64,000 nt of DNA from Vicinamibacteria bacterium (lineage in GTDB: Bacteria > Acidobacteriota > Vicinamibacteria > Marinacidobacterales > Marinacidobacteraceae), in assembly GCA_965199715.1 (NCBI GenBank), contig OZ241322.1:2284157-2348156 (forward strand). Reading direction: 5' to 3'. This document shows, in pieces, positions 27,733 through 38,157 of the stretch. Within the stretch, counting starts at the first letter, position 1. Every line of letters begins with the position of its first letter. The notes beneath the pieces were generated by a model. That model worked only from the letters and a program-made list of their open reading frames with translations. It was not told the DNA's origin and did no database searches. The position numbers and the translations under genes are program-made.

Positions 27733-30422
27733 GGCTCGCTTTCCGGACGATCGAGGCCGCTCCGGTGCTCGTGGATCGGGAGCCGCTCGTTGTTGTCGTC
27801 GGGATTCCGGCGCCGGTACTCGCCGCCGGTGGCGTCGGCCGACTCGTCGGCCTTGAAGCGGAGATAGAGCTCCTGATGGCGCGCCGTGGCCTCCGCGTCG
27901 CCGAGTCCCCTGGACGCGAGCATCAGGTTGTAGTGGGCCTCCAGATCCTCGGGGTCGATGCGCAGCGTGTCCTCGAGCACTCGGACCGCGTCCGCGTATT
28001 CGCGCTTCAGGAAGAGCAGGCGCCCGATCTGGTTGTTCACCACCCGGTCGCCCGGATGCGCTCCGGCGATCTCCCGAAGATCCGCGAGCGCCTCGTCGTA
28101 GCGCCCGAGCGCCTTCAGCGCCATGGCGCGGAAGAAGAGCGCCCGGGGCAGGCCGGGGGCGAGCGCGAGCGCCCGGTCCGTCGCTTCGAGCGCTCCCTCG
28201 GGGTCGCCCTCCCGCACCCGGACCCGAGCGAGGTTCACCGGGCCGTCGGCCCAGTCTGGATCGAGCTCGACCACCCGCTCGAACGCGGCCTCGGCGCCCC
28301 GGAGGTCGCCTTGCAGGAACAGGCCGATCCCGTAGTCGTTGAACCGGAGCGCGGTCTCGGCGAGCGCGGGGCGGGGGGCCGGGGCGCCGCCCACCGGGAG
28401 TTCGACTTCGGCTTCCGCCATGGTCACGATCGGAAGCGCGGGGGCCTGGCGGTCGGGGGCGAGCGTCCACGTGCGGTCGTCGAACCCGGGCCCGACCTCG
28501 CCGTCGTCCAGCGCCTCGCCCCGGAACACCCATTGGGTGTGCCACCACGCGAACTTCCGGTAGTGGAGCTTCGCGGCGAGCCGGATCGGCCCGGTCGCGT
28601 CCTCGGGGATCCGGATCCGGTAGCGGATCGCGTGCGCCGCGCCGGGCGGGATCGGGTTCACGTACAGCGTGCTGCGCGCCGCCCAGGCGTTGCGCTTGTT
28701 GATCGGGTTCCCGCGGGCGTCGAGCATGAGCGACCGGAAGAAGTGCGCCGACGGCTCCACGGGCCCGTCCTCGCCGTCGGTGAACCCGCTCCAGAAGAAC
28801 GGCTCGCCGTCCCCGTCCGTCGCGGTGAACTCGACCCACACGTCGTGGGCGTCCACCGTGCCGCTCGGGAAGAAGTGCCCGACGTTCCGCGTCCGAACCA
28901 CCACGTCCACCCGGACCGACTCCCCCGGCTCGAGCGCCGGGCGCTCGAGGTCGAGCGGCGCGGCGAGCTCGCCCTCGGGGCCGGCCGGGGCGTAGCGGGC
29001 CGGCGCCGCCATCGCCTCCTCGCCCACCGCGAAGGTGGAGGCGAGCGCGAGCGGATCCGCCGCCGCGCGGCGCTCGGCCGCCGTCTCCTCGCCCCGGGAG
29101 AGGGCGAAGACGTCAACCGTGACCTGGCCGGCGCGGAGGAAGTCGCGCACGGCCTGAAGCTGCTCGTCGCGCCCGAAATGCACCGGCAGCGCCGTGTTCG
29201 CCGTGGCGAAGCGGTGCGAGCGGACGAGGCCGTCGATCGCGGCCGGGTCGTCGCCGGGGACCGCCGGCATGTGGCAGTCGGCGCACGTGCGCGACTCCTC
29301 GGGGTAGTAGAACGAGCGCGCCCCGTGGCCCGACACGCCGCTGGCCTGCCAGTTGTCGTAGCTGTTGAACCCGCGCAGCCAGCGGTAGTGGTTCACCGGC
29401 TCGTCGAGGTGCACCTTGTGGCAGGACGAGCAGAAGGCCGAGCTGTCGCCCTCGTGGATGGGCTTCAGGAACGCCTGCCGGTGCGGCTCGGGGTCGAGGT
29501 GGATCACGAGGTCGTGGAGCGTCCGCAGCAGCGGATCGTCCGACGCCGCGAGGTCGTTCATCTCGGGGTACTCGATCACGAACCCGGCGTTCCCCATCGT
29601 GTCCTTGACCGAGGTGATCGCGTGGCAGGAGACGCAGCCGAGGCCGGCGCTCGCCTCGGGCAGGTCCACGATCTCCTCGAGCGGCCGGTCCATCTGGCCG
29701 GAGAAGAGGACCGCGTGGTCGTGGCACCCGGCGCACCACTTGGTGGGCGTGACCCCTACCACGCTCTGCATGTACTCGATGGAGCGGCGATACCACGGGT
29801 TGTTGAACGAGGCGAACCGGTGCGCCGAGTCGCGCCACTGGTCCGTGACGTCGGCGTGGCAGCGCCCGCACTTGTCGCTGCCCATGAAGAAGTCGGCCGG
29901 GATGAGGTCGCCGTCCGCCGTCTCCGCCGCCGAGGGGAAGAACGGCCCGTCAGCGCCGCCCATGGCCTCGTCCGCCATGGTCGCCGGCGCGAATCCGGCG
30001 TTGAGCGCCGGTCCGGTCTCGGAGGCCAGGTCGCGCAGGACGCCCCCGACCGGAATCGCGACCGCGACCACGAGCGGTGCGAGCAGCGTCCGGCGGACTG
30101 CGAGCAGCGCCGCGAACGCGCCGACCGCGACGAGATGCGCGGCCAGCAGCGCCGGGTTCGCCCCGGTGACGAGGAGCGCGAGCCCGGTCAGGGCGCCGAG
30201 CGCCCCGAGGCCGAGGAAGGCGGGCCGCAGCGGATCGTCCCGCAGGGCGGCGCGGATCCGGCGGCGGTCGAAGACGAGGAACTTGAGCGCCGCGATCCCG
30301 AGCAGCGGATGCAGCAGGATCTGCGCGGCGTGGACGAGGCTCGCTTCCCGCGCCGCGATCAGGTAGCCCGAGTTGACGAGCAGCAGGGCGGCGGTCGCGG
30401 CCGTCAGCCGCGTCCACGTCAT
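27729..30422 (-). CDS. Membrane-anchored multiheme cytochrome c (5 CxxCH) with TPR repeats
   Basis: N-terminal TM helices; CGRCH, CAGCH, CVSCH, CSSCH, CADCH; VGHFFPSG; C-terminal TPRs; ATGA coupling. Confidence 0.9.
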   Translation of the reverse strand: MTWTRLTAATAALLLVNSGYLIAAREASLVHAAQILLHPLLGIAALKFLVFDRRRIRAALRDDPLRPAFLGLGALGALTGLALLVTGANPALLAAHLVAVGAFAALLAVRRTLLAPLVVAVAIPVGGVLRDLASETGPALNAGFAPATMADEAMGGADGPFFPSAAETADGDLIPADFFMGSDKCGRCHADVTDQWRDSAHRFASFNNPWYRRSIEYMQSVVGVTPTKWCAGCHDHAVLFSGQMDRPLEEIVDLPEASAGLGCVSCHAITSVKDTMGNAGFVIEYPEMNDLAASDDPLLRTLHDLVIHLDPEPHRQAFLKPIHEGDSSAFCSSCHKVHLDEPVNHYRWLRGFNSYDNWQASGVSGHGARSFYYPEESRTCADCHMPAVPGDDPAAIDGLVRSHRFATANTALPVHFGRDEQLQAVRDFLRAGQVTVDVFALSRGEETAAERRAAADPLALASTFAVGEEAMAAPARYAPAGPEGELAAPLDLERPALEPGESVRVDVVVRTRNVGHFFPSGTVDAHDVWVEFTATDGDGEPFFWSGFTDGEDGPVEPSAHFFRSLMLDARGNPINKRNAWAARSTLYVNPIPPGAAHAIRYRIRIPEDATGPIRLAAKLHYRKFAWWHTQWVFRGEALDDGEVGPGFDDRTWTLAPDRQAPALPIVTMAEAEVELPVGGAPAPRPALAETALRFNDYGIGLFLQGDLRGAEAAFERVVELDPDWADGPVNLARVRVREGDPEGALEATDRALALAPGLPRALFFRAMALKALGRYDEALADLREIAGAHPGDRVVNNQIGRLLFLKREYADAVRVLEDTLRIDPEDLEAHYNLMLASRGLGDAEATARHQELYLRFKADESADATGGEYRRRNPDDNNERLPIHEHRSGLDRPESEP

Positions 30423-31099
30423 TCGGACGATGCGGTTTCGACCCCGGCTTCCCGGAGCGCCCGCCGGGCGGTCCTCGTGATGAGCACGGCGGCGAGGATG
30501 AAGGCGACGAGCCCGGCCACGCGAATCGCGGTCTCGAGCCCGCCCGTCCGCCCGGAGACGGCGTCGGCCACGCCGCTCGCGATGTACACGTAGAGCATCG
30601 TGCCGGGCAGGATGCCGACCGCCGACGCGATCAGGTACCCGAGGAACGAGACGCCGGTGAGCCCGTAGGCGTAGTTCTGGAACGAGAAGGGGAAGACCGG
30701 GGTCAGCCGGGTGAGGAGCACGATCTTCCAGCCCTCCTTCGCGACCGCCCGGTCGATTGCGGCGAAGGACGGGCGGCCCTCGAGCCACGCCGAGACCCGT
30801 TCGCGCGCGAACCGGCGGGCCACGAGGAACGCGAGGCCGAGGCCGACCGTGGCGCCGCTCCAGACGCTGAACGTCCCGAGGGTGAATCCGAAAGCGGCCC
30901 CGCCGATGAGGGTCAGCGCCGAGCCGGGGATCATGAGCACCGTCGCGACCGCGTAGATCGCGGCGAAGACGACGAGCCCGGCGGGGCCGAGCCCCTCGGC
31001 CCAGCGGGCCGCGGCGGCGAACCACTCGCCCGCCGGGAGATAGACCACGATCGCGACGACCGCGGCGAGGACCGCGCCGATCTTGAGGTAGCGGCTCAT
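30419..31099 (-). CDS. TVP38/TMEM64 (DedA/VTT) family membrane protein
   Basis: IPGSALTLIGGAAFG, LTRLTPVFPFSFQNYAYGLT, GILPGT. Confidence 0.92.
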   Translation of the reverse strand: MSRYLKIGAVLAAVVAIVVYLPAGEWFAAAARWAEGLGPAGLVVFAAIYAVATVLMIPGSALTLIGGAAFGFTLGTFSVWSGATVGLGLAFLVARRFARERVSAWLEGRPSFAAIDRAVAKEGWKIVLLTRLTPVFPFSFQNYAYGLTGVSFLGYLIASAVGILPGTMLYVYIASGVADAVSGRTGGLETAIRVAGLVAFILAAVLITRTARRALREAGVETASSE

Positions 31100-32556
31100 C
31101 GCCGCCTCCGGTAGAGCCACTCGAAGATCGCCTTCGCCCGGGGAGTCAGTCGGGTCCGGTTGTAGGCGTCGCCGACCCGCTGGGACGCCTGCGCCCACGT
31201 CGGATAGGCGTGGATCGTGCCCGAGAGCGAGCCGAGCCCGCCGCCCTGCTTCGCCACCGACATGATCTGGTGGAGGATCTCGCCGGCGCGCGACGCGACC
31301 ACGGTCGCGCCGAGGATGCGGTCCTTCCCCTTCGCGGTGACCACCTTCACGAACCCGCGGGTCGCGCTCTCGGTGATCGCCCGGTCGAGGTCGTCGCAGG
31401 GATGGCGGTGGACGTCGACCGGCGTCCCCTCCTTCTCCGCGTCCTCCGCGCGCAGGCCGAAGTGCGCGACTTCCGGATCCACGTAGGTGACCCACGGGAC
31501 GTGCGTGTAGTCCGCCTTCGCTCTCGGGATCGGCGACGGGAGCAGGATGTTCCGCACCACGATCCGCGCCTGGTGGTCCGCGGTGTGGGTGAAGCGGAAG
31601 GGGCCGGCCACGTCGCCGCAGGCGTAGATGTGCTTCACGTTGGTCCGCAGGCTCGCGTCCACCGGCACCCCGCGCCGCTCGTCGTAGGTGACTCCGGCGT
31701 TTTCGAGGCCGAGGCCGGCGACCCCCGGAACGCGCCCGGTGGCGACGAGGAGTCGGTCGCCGGTGACCTTCCGGACTCCGCCCTTCGTCTCCATCTCGGC
31801 GGTGATCGTCCCGTTCGCGTGCGTGAACCGTTTCACCTTGCAGCCGAACACGAGCTCGATCCCCTCCTCCTCGAAGACCTCCCGCGTCACCTGCGAGGCG
31901 TCGCGGTCGTCGCGCGGCAGCAGCCGGTCCATGTCGGTGAGGACGCTCACCCGGACGCCGAGCCGGCGCATCACCTGGCTCATCTCGCAGCCGATGGGGC
32001 CGCCGCCGAGCACGAGGAGCGACTCGGGCGGGCCGTCCTGCTCGTCGAAGAAGTTCTCGTTGGTGAAGAACGGGCCGTCCTTGATCCCCGCGATGTCGGG
32101 CACCCACGCCGAGGACCCGGTGGCGATCACGAAGTGCGCGCCGCTGAGGCGCGTCCCGTCGTCCAGCTCGACCTCGTTCGGACTCGTGAACCGGGCGCGG
32201 GCCTCGAACACGTCCACCCCCAATCCCTCGAACCGCTCCACCGAGTCGTTCGGGGCGATCATCGCCCGGCGCTCGCGCATGTGCTCGAAGACCCGGTCGA
32301 AGCGGAAGCTGGGCTCGCTCGCGTCGAGGCCGTACTTCTCGGCGTGGCGGATCTGCTGGATCAGCTTGGAGGTGGAGACGAGCGCCTTCGAGGGCACGCA
32401 CCCGGTGTTCAGGCAGTCGCCGCCCATCCGATGCGCCTCGATGAGCGCGACCCGGCCCCCGAGGCCCGCGGTTCCGGCGGCGGTGACGAGCCCGGCGGTT
32501 CCGGCGCCGATGATGACGGCGTTGTACCGCCCTTCGCCCTTCTGCACTCTCGTCAC
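31096..32556 (-). CDS. FAD-dependent pyridine nucleotide-disulfide oxidoreductase (Lpd/MerA-like family)
   Basis: GAGTAG, GGDCLNTGCVPSK, GGGPIGCE, IYACGDV, HAYPT. Confidence 0.92.
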   Translation of the reverse strand: MTRVQKGEGRYNAVIIGAGTAGLVTAAGTAGLGGRVALIEAHRMGGDCLNTGCVPSKALVSTSKLIQQIRHAEKYGLDASEPSFRFDRVFEHMRERRAMIAPNDSVERFEGLGVDVFEARARFTSPNEVELDDGTRLSGAHFVIATGSSAWVPDIAGIKDGPFFTNENFFDEQDGPPESLLVLGGGPIGCEMSQVMRRLGVRVSVLTDMDRLLPRDDRDASQVTREVFEEEGIELVFGCKVKRFTHANGTITAEMETKGGVRKVTGDRLLVATGRVPGVAGLGLENAGVTYDERRGVPVDASLRTNVKHIYACGDVAGPFRFTHTADHQARIVVRNILLPSPIPRAKADYTHVPWVTYVDPEVAHFGLRAEDAEKEGTPVDVHRHPCDDLDRAITESATRGFVKVVTAKGKDRILGATVVASRAGEILHQIMSVAKQGGGLGSLSGTIHAYPTWAQASQRVGDAYNRTRLTPRAKAIFEWLYRRRR

Positions 32557-32627
32557 CTCGTTCGGCTGGGAACCATGGCCGCGTTTTCGCCGGCAAGGAT
32601 GCTAACCGACCGACATACCATCGGAAG

Positions 32628-33308
32628 GTGATTCTCGGCATCGACGAGGCCGGCCGCGGGCCCGTCCTCGGCCCGCTGGTCGTGGCGGCGGTGCTGCTCG
32701 ACCCGCGCCGCGCCGGGGCGCTGACCCGGCTCGGGGTGCGCGACTCGAAGCATTTCGGCGCGCGCGGTCCGGCGGTCGGGCGGCGCGGGCTGCTCGCCGA
32801 TCACGTGGAGCGCCTCGCCGAGTGGGTGGGCGTGCGGGTCTATCCGGCGGAGGAGGTGGACCGCCGGGCGTTCTCGGGCGAGCTGAACGTGCTGGAGCGC
32901 GAGGCCGCCCGCTCGCTGCTCGCCGACGTTCCCCGACGCCGGCGGATCAAGCGGATCCTCGCCGACGGGGAGCGGGTCTTCGGAAGCCTCGCCGCGGAGA
33001 TCCCGCGGATGGAGGCGCTCGACCACGCCGAATCCCGTCACGTGGCGGTCGCCGCGGCGAGCATCGTGGCGAAGGTCCGGCGCGACCGGCTGTTCGCGGC
33101 CCTCGCCGACCGCATCCGCCGGGACTATCGGGAGTGGTGCGGGGAGGATCTCGGCTCGATCCGGGGCGGCGGCTACGTGAACGCGGCGACCGAGGCGCTG
33201 CTGCGGCGCTTCCACGAGCGGACCGGCTCCCTTCCGCCCGGAACCCGGCACTCGTGGAGCTGGGAGGTGATCCAGGAGCTCAGCCCCCGGCGGTCGCTGT
33301 TCCGCTGA
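32628..33308 (+). CDS. rnhB: Ribonuclease HII
   Basis: GIDEAGRGPVLGPLV, VRDSK, VAAASIVAKVRRD, GGY, RHSW. Confidence 0.9.
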   Translation: MILGIDEAGRGPVLGPLVVAAVLLDPRRAGALTRLGVRDSKHFGARGPAVGRRGLLADHVERLAEWVGVRVYPAEEVDRRAFSGELNVLEREAARSLLADVPRRRRIKRILADGERVFGSLAAEIPRMEALDHAESRHVAVAAASIVAKVRRDRLFAALADRIRRDYREWCGEDLGSIRGGGYVNAATEALLRRFHERTGSLPPGTRHSWSWEVIQELSPRRSLFR

Positions 33309-33924
33309 CGAGCCGATCGGCCACGGCCCGGGCGTGGCGGCGGGCCGCCGGCTCGAGGCGCCGGTTGTACAGCAGCGCCGCGGGGTGGTAGAGCGAGGCG
33401 AACTCGCGGCCCGGATGGTCGGGGAGCCGGAAGAAGCGGCCCACGACCTCGCGCATCGGGGCGCGGGCGCGCTCCGGGGCGAAGTGGCGCAGCGCGGTGC
33501 TCCCGAGCAGGACGACGAGACGCGCCGGCGAGAAGCGCAACTGGGCGTCGAGGAAGGGACGGCAGGCGGCGGCTTCGTCCCGGCGCGGTGCCCGGTTGCC
33601 GGGCGGACGGCACTTGACCACGTTCACGACGAGGAGATCGCGCTCCGTATCCAGCCCCACCGATGCGAACAGCGCGTCGAGCGTCGCGCCGGCGCGCCCC
33701 GAGAACGCGCGCCCGGTCCGATCCTCGGTCGCGCCCGGAGCCTCACCCACGGCGAGGAGCCGGGCGGCCGGGTCGCCCCGATCCACGACGATGTGGTTCC
33801 GGCCGTCGGCGAGCCCGCAGGCACGGCAGCCGCTGTTGCGGAGTCGGTCGCGAAACGCGGAGTAGTCGGGCGCCTCGAGGGTGGGGCGGCGCGTCGGAAT
33901 CCCGGCGGGCACGGAGGAGATCAT
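33280..33924 (-). CDS. udg: Uracil-DNA glycosylase, family 4 (4Fe-4S)
   Basis: CRACGL, VGEAPG, VKCRPPGNRAP, YHPAALL. Start uncertain (ATG 33924, GTG 33912 or later). Confidence 0.9.
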   Translation of the reverse strand: MISSVPAGIPTRRPTLEAPDYSAFRDRLRNSGCRACGLADGRNHIVVDRGDPAARLLAVGEAPGATEDRTGRAFSGRAGATLDALFASVGLDTERDLLVVNVVKCRPPGNRAPRRDEAAACRPFLDAQLRFSPARLVVLLGSTALRHFAPERARAPMREVVGRFFRLPDHPGREFASLYHPAALLYNRRLEPAARRHARAVADRLVSGTATAGG

Positions 33925-34168
33925 GCGCGAACCGATCCGCCCGGGCGAGACGCTGCGCGAGGATCTCGAGGCGCTCGGCATGAGCGCGTCGGAGCTTGCG
34001 CGCCGGATCGGGGCGCCGAGGGAGCGGATCGCCGGGATTCTGTCGGGCCGGCGCGGGATCTCCGAAGGCACGGCAGTGCGGCTGGCGCGGTTCTTCGGAA
34101 CCTCCGCGGAGTTCTGGGGCAACCTTCAGGCTCTCTGCGAGTCGCGCCGAGCCAAGACGACCCAGTGA
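33923..34168 (+). CDS. higA: HigA-family addiction module antitoxin (orphan)
   Basis: MREPIRPGETLREDLEALGMSASELARRIG...TAVRLARFFGTSAEFWGNLQ; GGAGGAG upstream. Confidence 0.85.
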   Translation: MREPIRPGETLREDLEALGMSASELARRIGAPRERIAGILSGRRGISEGTAVRLARFFGTSAEFWGNLQALCESRRAKTTQ

Positions 34169-34270
34169 CCCGACCGGAGGGCCGGGAACGTGCGGATGGC
34201 GCACCCGCTGTTCGAGGTCGTCCCCGGCGGGATCGCGCAGTGGGAGCGCGTCCCGCCCGAGGCCCACGAT

Positions 34271-34579
34271 TCAGCTGGCCGCGGCCCAGCGTCGGCTGCG
34301 AACCCGCGCCAGCTTCAGTTGGAGGCACTCCTGCCCCCCATCGCCCTTCACGCTGTTGCAGCGTCCGCAGAGCAACTGGAGGTTGTCCGGATGGTCCGTG
34401 CCGCCGACTGCCTTGGCGATGATGCGGTCCACGGTCAGGTTCTGAACGTTGAAGTGCTCCACGCATCCGCGGCAGTGCCCGGCCTGCTCTCCGTAGAACG
34501 CCTTCCGGTGCGTCCCGGGAGCGGGGACTTTGCCAAGGTCCGTGCGCTGCGGGAGGTCCGTTCGGGGACGTGACGTCAC
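34271..34579 (-). pseudogene. HNH endonuclease domain fragment
   Basis: YGEQAGHCRGC...LTVDRII...GGTDHPDNLQLLCGRCNSVKG. The catalytic DH reads DR. GTG overlaps the mutase stop. Confidence 0.7.
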
Positions 34580-36129
34580 CCCCGGTGTTCGCCGAAGACC
34601 TCCCGCAGCGCGCCGGCGATCTCGCCGACGGTGGCTTGGGCCGTGACCGCGGTCAGGATCGGCGGCATCAGGTTCGCGCTCGTCGTGGCGACGCGGCGCA
34701 CCTCGGCGAGCGCGGCCTCGGCCTTCGGCTGATCCCGCTCGGCGCGCACGCGCCGGACCCGCTCCGCCTGCGCCGGCTCCATCGCCGGATCCAGCGCGAA
34801 CGGCTCGACCGAGGCCCCGGCCTCGTCCTTCCGGAAGCGGTTCACGCCCACGACGACCTCGCGTTCGGCCTCCATCTCGCGCTGGTAGGCGAACGCCGCG
34901 TCCTGGATCCGGGCCGCCATGTAGCCGGACTCGACCGCCGCCGCCGCGCCGCCGAGGCGATCCACCTCCGCGATCCATTCGACCGCCTCGGCCTCCACTT
35001 GGTCGGTGAGCGTCTCGACGGCCCACGAGCCGCCGAGCGGATCGGAAGTCGCGGCCACGCCGCTCTCGAACGCGATCACCTGCTGGGTGCGCAGCGCCAG
35101 TTCGGCGGTCTCCGGGGTCGGCAGCCCGAGCGCCTCGTCGAGCGCGTTCGTGTGGAGCGACTGGGCGCCGCCGAGGACTGCCGCGAGCGCCTCGAGCGTC
35201 GTGCGCACCACGTTCACCTGCGGCTCGAGCGCGGTGAGGGTGGAGCCGGCGGTCTGGGCGTGGAAGCGCAGCATGCGCGCCCGCTCGCTGCGCGCCCCGA
35301 GTCGCTCGACGAGCAGCCGGTCCCACAGCCTGCGAGCGGCGCGGAACTTGGCGACCTCCTCGAGGAAGTCCCGGTGGGCGTTGAAGAAGAACGAGACCCG
35401 GCTGGCCACCGTGTCCACGTCCAGCCCGCGCTCGACGGCCGCCTCCAAGTAGGCGAGGCCGTTCGCGAGCGTGAAGGCGACCTCCTGCGCCCCGGTGCAC
35501 CCGGCCTCGCGCATGTGGTAGCCGCTCACGCTCACCGGCTGGAACCGCGGCAGTTCGCGGCGCGACCATTCGATGACGTCCGCGGCGAGCCGCATGGACG
35601 GCCCCGGCGGGTAGATCCAGGTTCCGCGAGCGGCGTACTCCTTCAGGATGTCGTTCTGGACGGTGCCGGCGATGCGGTCCGCCTCCACGCCCTGGCTTCG
35701 CGCCACGGCCACGTAGAGCGCGAGCAGGATCGCGGCCGTGGCGTTGATGGTCATCGACGTGGAGACCCGGTCGAGCGGAATGCCCGAAAACAGCGTCTCC
35801 ATGTCGTCCAGCGAGTCGATCGCCACTCCGACCCGCCCGACCTCGCCCGCCGCCATCGGGTGGTCCGAGTCGTAACCGATCTGCGTCGGGAGGTCGAACG
35901 CCACCGAAAGCCCGGTCTGCCCCCGCTCGAGGAGGCGGCGGTAGCGCTCGTTGGACTCGGCGGCGGTCGCGTAGCCGGCGTACTGGCGCATGGTCCAGAG
36001 CCGCTCTCGATACCCCGACGCCCGGATCCCGCGGGTGAACGGAGGCTCGCCGGGGCGGCCGATCCGTTCGGGCGGCGCGCCTTCCGGTCCGTGCGTCGGA
36101 AGCAGCTCCCGCCGCGGACGGACGTTCAA
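34576..36129 (-). CDS. Methylmalonyl-CoA mutase, large/N-terminal subunit
   Basis: [15 protein letters not shown] (Tyr type), [40 protein letters not shown]. No B12-binding domain. TTG start coupled to the upstream stop. Confidence 0.93.
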   Translation of the reverse strand: MNVRPRRELLPTHGPEGAPPERIGRPGEPPFTRGIRASGYRERLWTMRQYAGYATAAESNERYRRLLERGQTGLSVAFDLPTQIGYDSDHPMAAGEVGRVGVAIDSLDDMETLFSGIPLDRVSTSMTINATAAILLALYVAVARSQGVEADRIAGTVQNDILKEYAARGTWIYPPGPSMRLAADVIEWSRRELPRFQPVSVSGYHMREAGCTGAQEVAFTLANGLAYLEAAVERGLDVDTVASRVSFFFNAHRDFLEEVAKFRAARRLWDRLLVERLGARSERARMLRFHAQTAGSTLTALEPQVNVVRTTLEALAAVLGGAQSLHTNALDEALGLPTPETAELALRTQQVIAFESGVAATSDPLGGSWAVETLTDQVEAEAVEWIAEVDRLGGAAAAVESGYMAARIQDAAFAYQREMEAEREVVVGVNRFRKDEAGASVEPFALDPAMEPAQAERVRRVRAERDQPKAEAALAEVRRVATTSANLMPPILTAVTAQATVGEIAGALREVFGEHRG

Positions 36130-36515
36130 CGTCCGGGGTCCCGCCGGGGAGCGCACAGGAACTCGCACCGGATCACCTGGTTCCCCCAGATCTCGGAGCG
36201 CCCCAGGTCGAGGGGGCACAATTCCACGAGCTCCTCCTCGAAGAACAGCGGGCAGTCGTCGAAATTGATGTTCTCCACGCGGTCGGGCCGCCGGATGGAC
36301 ATCTCGAGCGCCCGGCGGGACGGCTCCCAGCCGCCCTCCTCGCCGAGTCGGACAAGCGTCCGCCGCAGCCGCTCCACCTCCACCCGGGCGGCCGGGAGCT
36401 CCAGCTCCTGGCGTTCGACCCGTCGGAGGATCTCCCGCGCCTCGCGCCGGAGCTCGGCGATGGGATCCCCCTGAAGGGCGAACAGCGCGACGAGGCCCGC
36501 GACCCGGAGGCTCAC
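36126..36515 (-). CDS. Hypothetical exported protein with four Cys
   Basis: GTG start and TGA stop both coupled to the neighbours; hydrophobic N-terminus; DDCPLF...ELCPLD...IRCEFLC. Confidence 0.65.
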   Translation of the reverse strand: MSLRVAGLVALFALQGDPIAELRREAREILRRVERQELELPAARVEVERLRRTLVRLGEEGGWEPSRRALEMSIRRPDRVENINFDDCPLFFEEELVELCPLDLGRSEIWGNQVIRCEFLCAPRRDPGR

Positions 36516-37483
36516 CGGGCGGTTCCCCGGGCCGTCGCCTGCTGCGGTTGGCTCGACGGCGGCGCCGGGAGCGCGTCGGGCCCGAGCGTCTCCAGCAGCC
36601 AGGTCCGCAGCGGCACGTCCTCGGGCTGCGGCTGGTACCAGCCCACTTCGGTGCGCCCGTCGCCGAGAAGCTGGCGGAGCACCGGGTCGCAGCGGTCGAG
36701 CAGCTCCCGGGGAAGCGCCCGGTAATCGAGGCCGCGCAGCCAGCGGAAGCTGTAGCCGAAGAACAGCGACTTGCGCACGGCGTCCGACGCGTTGCTGCCG
36801 TGCCGGTGCCAGACGCGGCGGTCGAACACCGTCACGTCGCCGGGCCGGGCGCGGATCCGCATCCGCCCGTCCCAGGCGGGATCGTCGGCTTCCGGCGGCG
36901 GCGCGTCCAGACCGTGGCTTCCCGGGATCAGCTCCATGCCGCCACGGTCCGCCGCCCGGGTGTCGGTGAGCCAGAACGCGACCTTGACCGAGAGCCGGGG
37001 GGCCGGCCGCTCCAGCTCCAGCACCGGGCGGCCGCTGTCCTGGTGCCACACCGGCTCCCGGCACTGGACCCCGCCCCAACCCTCGGGCGGATACACGACG
37101 AGGTGCGAGATGTAGAGCTGGATGTTCCAGCCGAGGATGCTCCAGACGGTGGGCAGCGTGCCGGCGAAGTCCACGAGCTCGAGAAACGACGGGTCGAACC
37201 GGATCACCGAGAAGCGGGACATCATGTCCCCCGGCGCGAGCGCGAGCCGCTCCCGCTCGGCGGCGTCGAGCCGGTCCACCGCCTGGAGCGTCCGCTCCAG
37301 CATGTCGTCGGGGAGCGCTCCCGGCAGGTGCAGGAAGCCGTCGCGTTCGAAGCGCCGCATCGCTTCGGGCGAGGGCAGGCGAGCGGCGTGCTCCGCGCCC
37401 AGGCCGCCGAAGCGGCGATCGCCGAGGGGGAAACGGATCACCGAGTCCGCCGGCTCGACCGGCGGCGGTACGAGGCGTCCCAT
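36512..37483 (-). CDS. Phytanoyl-CoA dioxygenase (PhyH) family 2OG-Fe(II) oxygenase
   Basis: [28 protein letters not shown]. Confidence 0.9.
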   Translation of the reverse strand: MGRLVPPPVEPADSVIRFPLGDRRFGGLGAEHAARLPSPEAMRRFERDGFLHLPGALPDDMLERTLQAVDRLDAAERERLALAPGDMMSRFSVIRFDPSFLELVDFAGTLPTVWSILGWNIQLYISHLVVYPPEGWGGVQCREPVWHQDSGRPVLELERPAPRLSVKVAFWLTDTRAADRGGMELIPGSHGLDAPPPEADDPAWDGRMRIRARPGDVTVFDRRVWHRHGSNASDAVRKSLFFGYSFRWLRGLDYRALPRELLDRCDPVLRQLLGDGRTEVGWYQPQPEDVPLRTWLLETLGPDALPAPPSSQPQQATARGTAR

Positions 37484-37542
37484 GTCCCTGCGTCAGCTCC
37501 CCCCGAAATCCTACCCGGACGCCGAATCGCTACCATGAAGCG

Positions 37543-38157
37543 GTGATCGTGCGCCGGTGGAGGCTTCTCGCGGCGTGGGGGGCGCTCCTGCTCCTTGGCG
37601 GCAGCGTCTATCTCGGGCCGTACTTCGCGGCGTGGCGCATCCGCGAGGCGGTCGGCAGCGGCGACGCCGAGGCGCTTCACGAGTGGGTGGACTTCGAGGC
37701 GGTGCGCGCCAACCTGAAGGGGGAGCTGCGGCGCACCATCGGAGCCAGTCGGCGCGCCCGCGAACGCGAGGCGCCCGAGGCGGAGTCCGGCGGCGACGAG
37801 TCTTCCGCGCCCGATCCCGCCAGCCGCCTGGCGGTCGCGGTGGGGGAGGCGATGATCGATCGCTTCGCCACGCCCGAAGGAGTGGACCGCGCGCTTCGGG
37901 GGGCCGAGGCGGCGACGACCGGCTGGAACTCCTTCCTGGATCTCGGCGGGGAGGACGGCGGAAGCCGGGCGGCGGTCAGCGCCGCATACGACGGCTGGAG
38001 CGACTTCCACGTGCGGCTTGGGGTGCGCAGCGACGAGTCGGCGCCGGACGACGAGGCCATCTGGGCGGACGTCCTTTTCGAGCGGCGCGGGATCTGGGCG
38101 TGGCGCGTGACCGGGGCGCGGGTGAGTCCGACCGCGATCCCGCTCCTCGTCAACTGA
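37543..38157 (+). CDS. DUF2939-like membrane-anchored protein
   Basis: N-terminal TM, GPY...VDFEAVRANLK, ERRG.W.WRVT. Confidence 0.75.
   Translation: MIVRRWRLLAAWGALLLLGGSVYLGPYFAAWRIREAVGSGDAEALHEWVDFEAVRANLKGELRRTIGASRRAREREAPEAESGGDESSAPDPASRLAVAVGEAMIDRFATPEGVDRALRGAEAATTGWNSFLDLGGEDGGSRAAVSAAYDGWSDFHVRLGVRSDESAPDDEAIWADVLFERRGIWAWRVTGARVSPTAIPLLVN

Noticed and set aside
31096-32556. Mercuric reductase MerA
   Set aside because: No C-terminal Cys-Cys pair, no NmerA domain and no mer genes nearby.
30419-32641. Reductase-DedA fusion suggested by the 740-aa ORF
   Set aside because: The two domains are in different frames, joined by an ATGA overlap with a proper stop and start, so they are separate genes.
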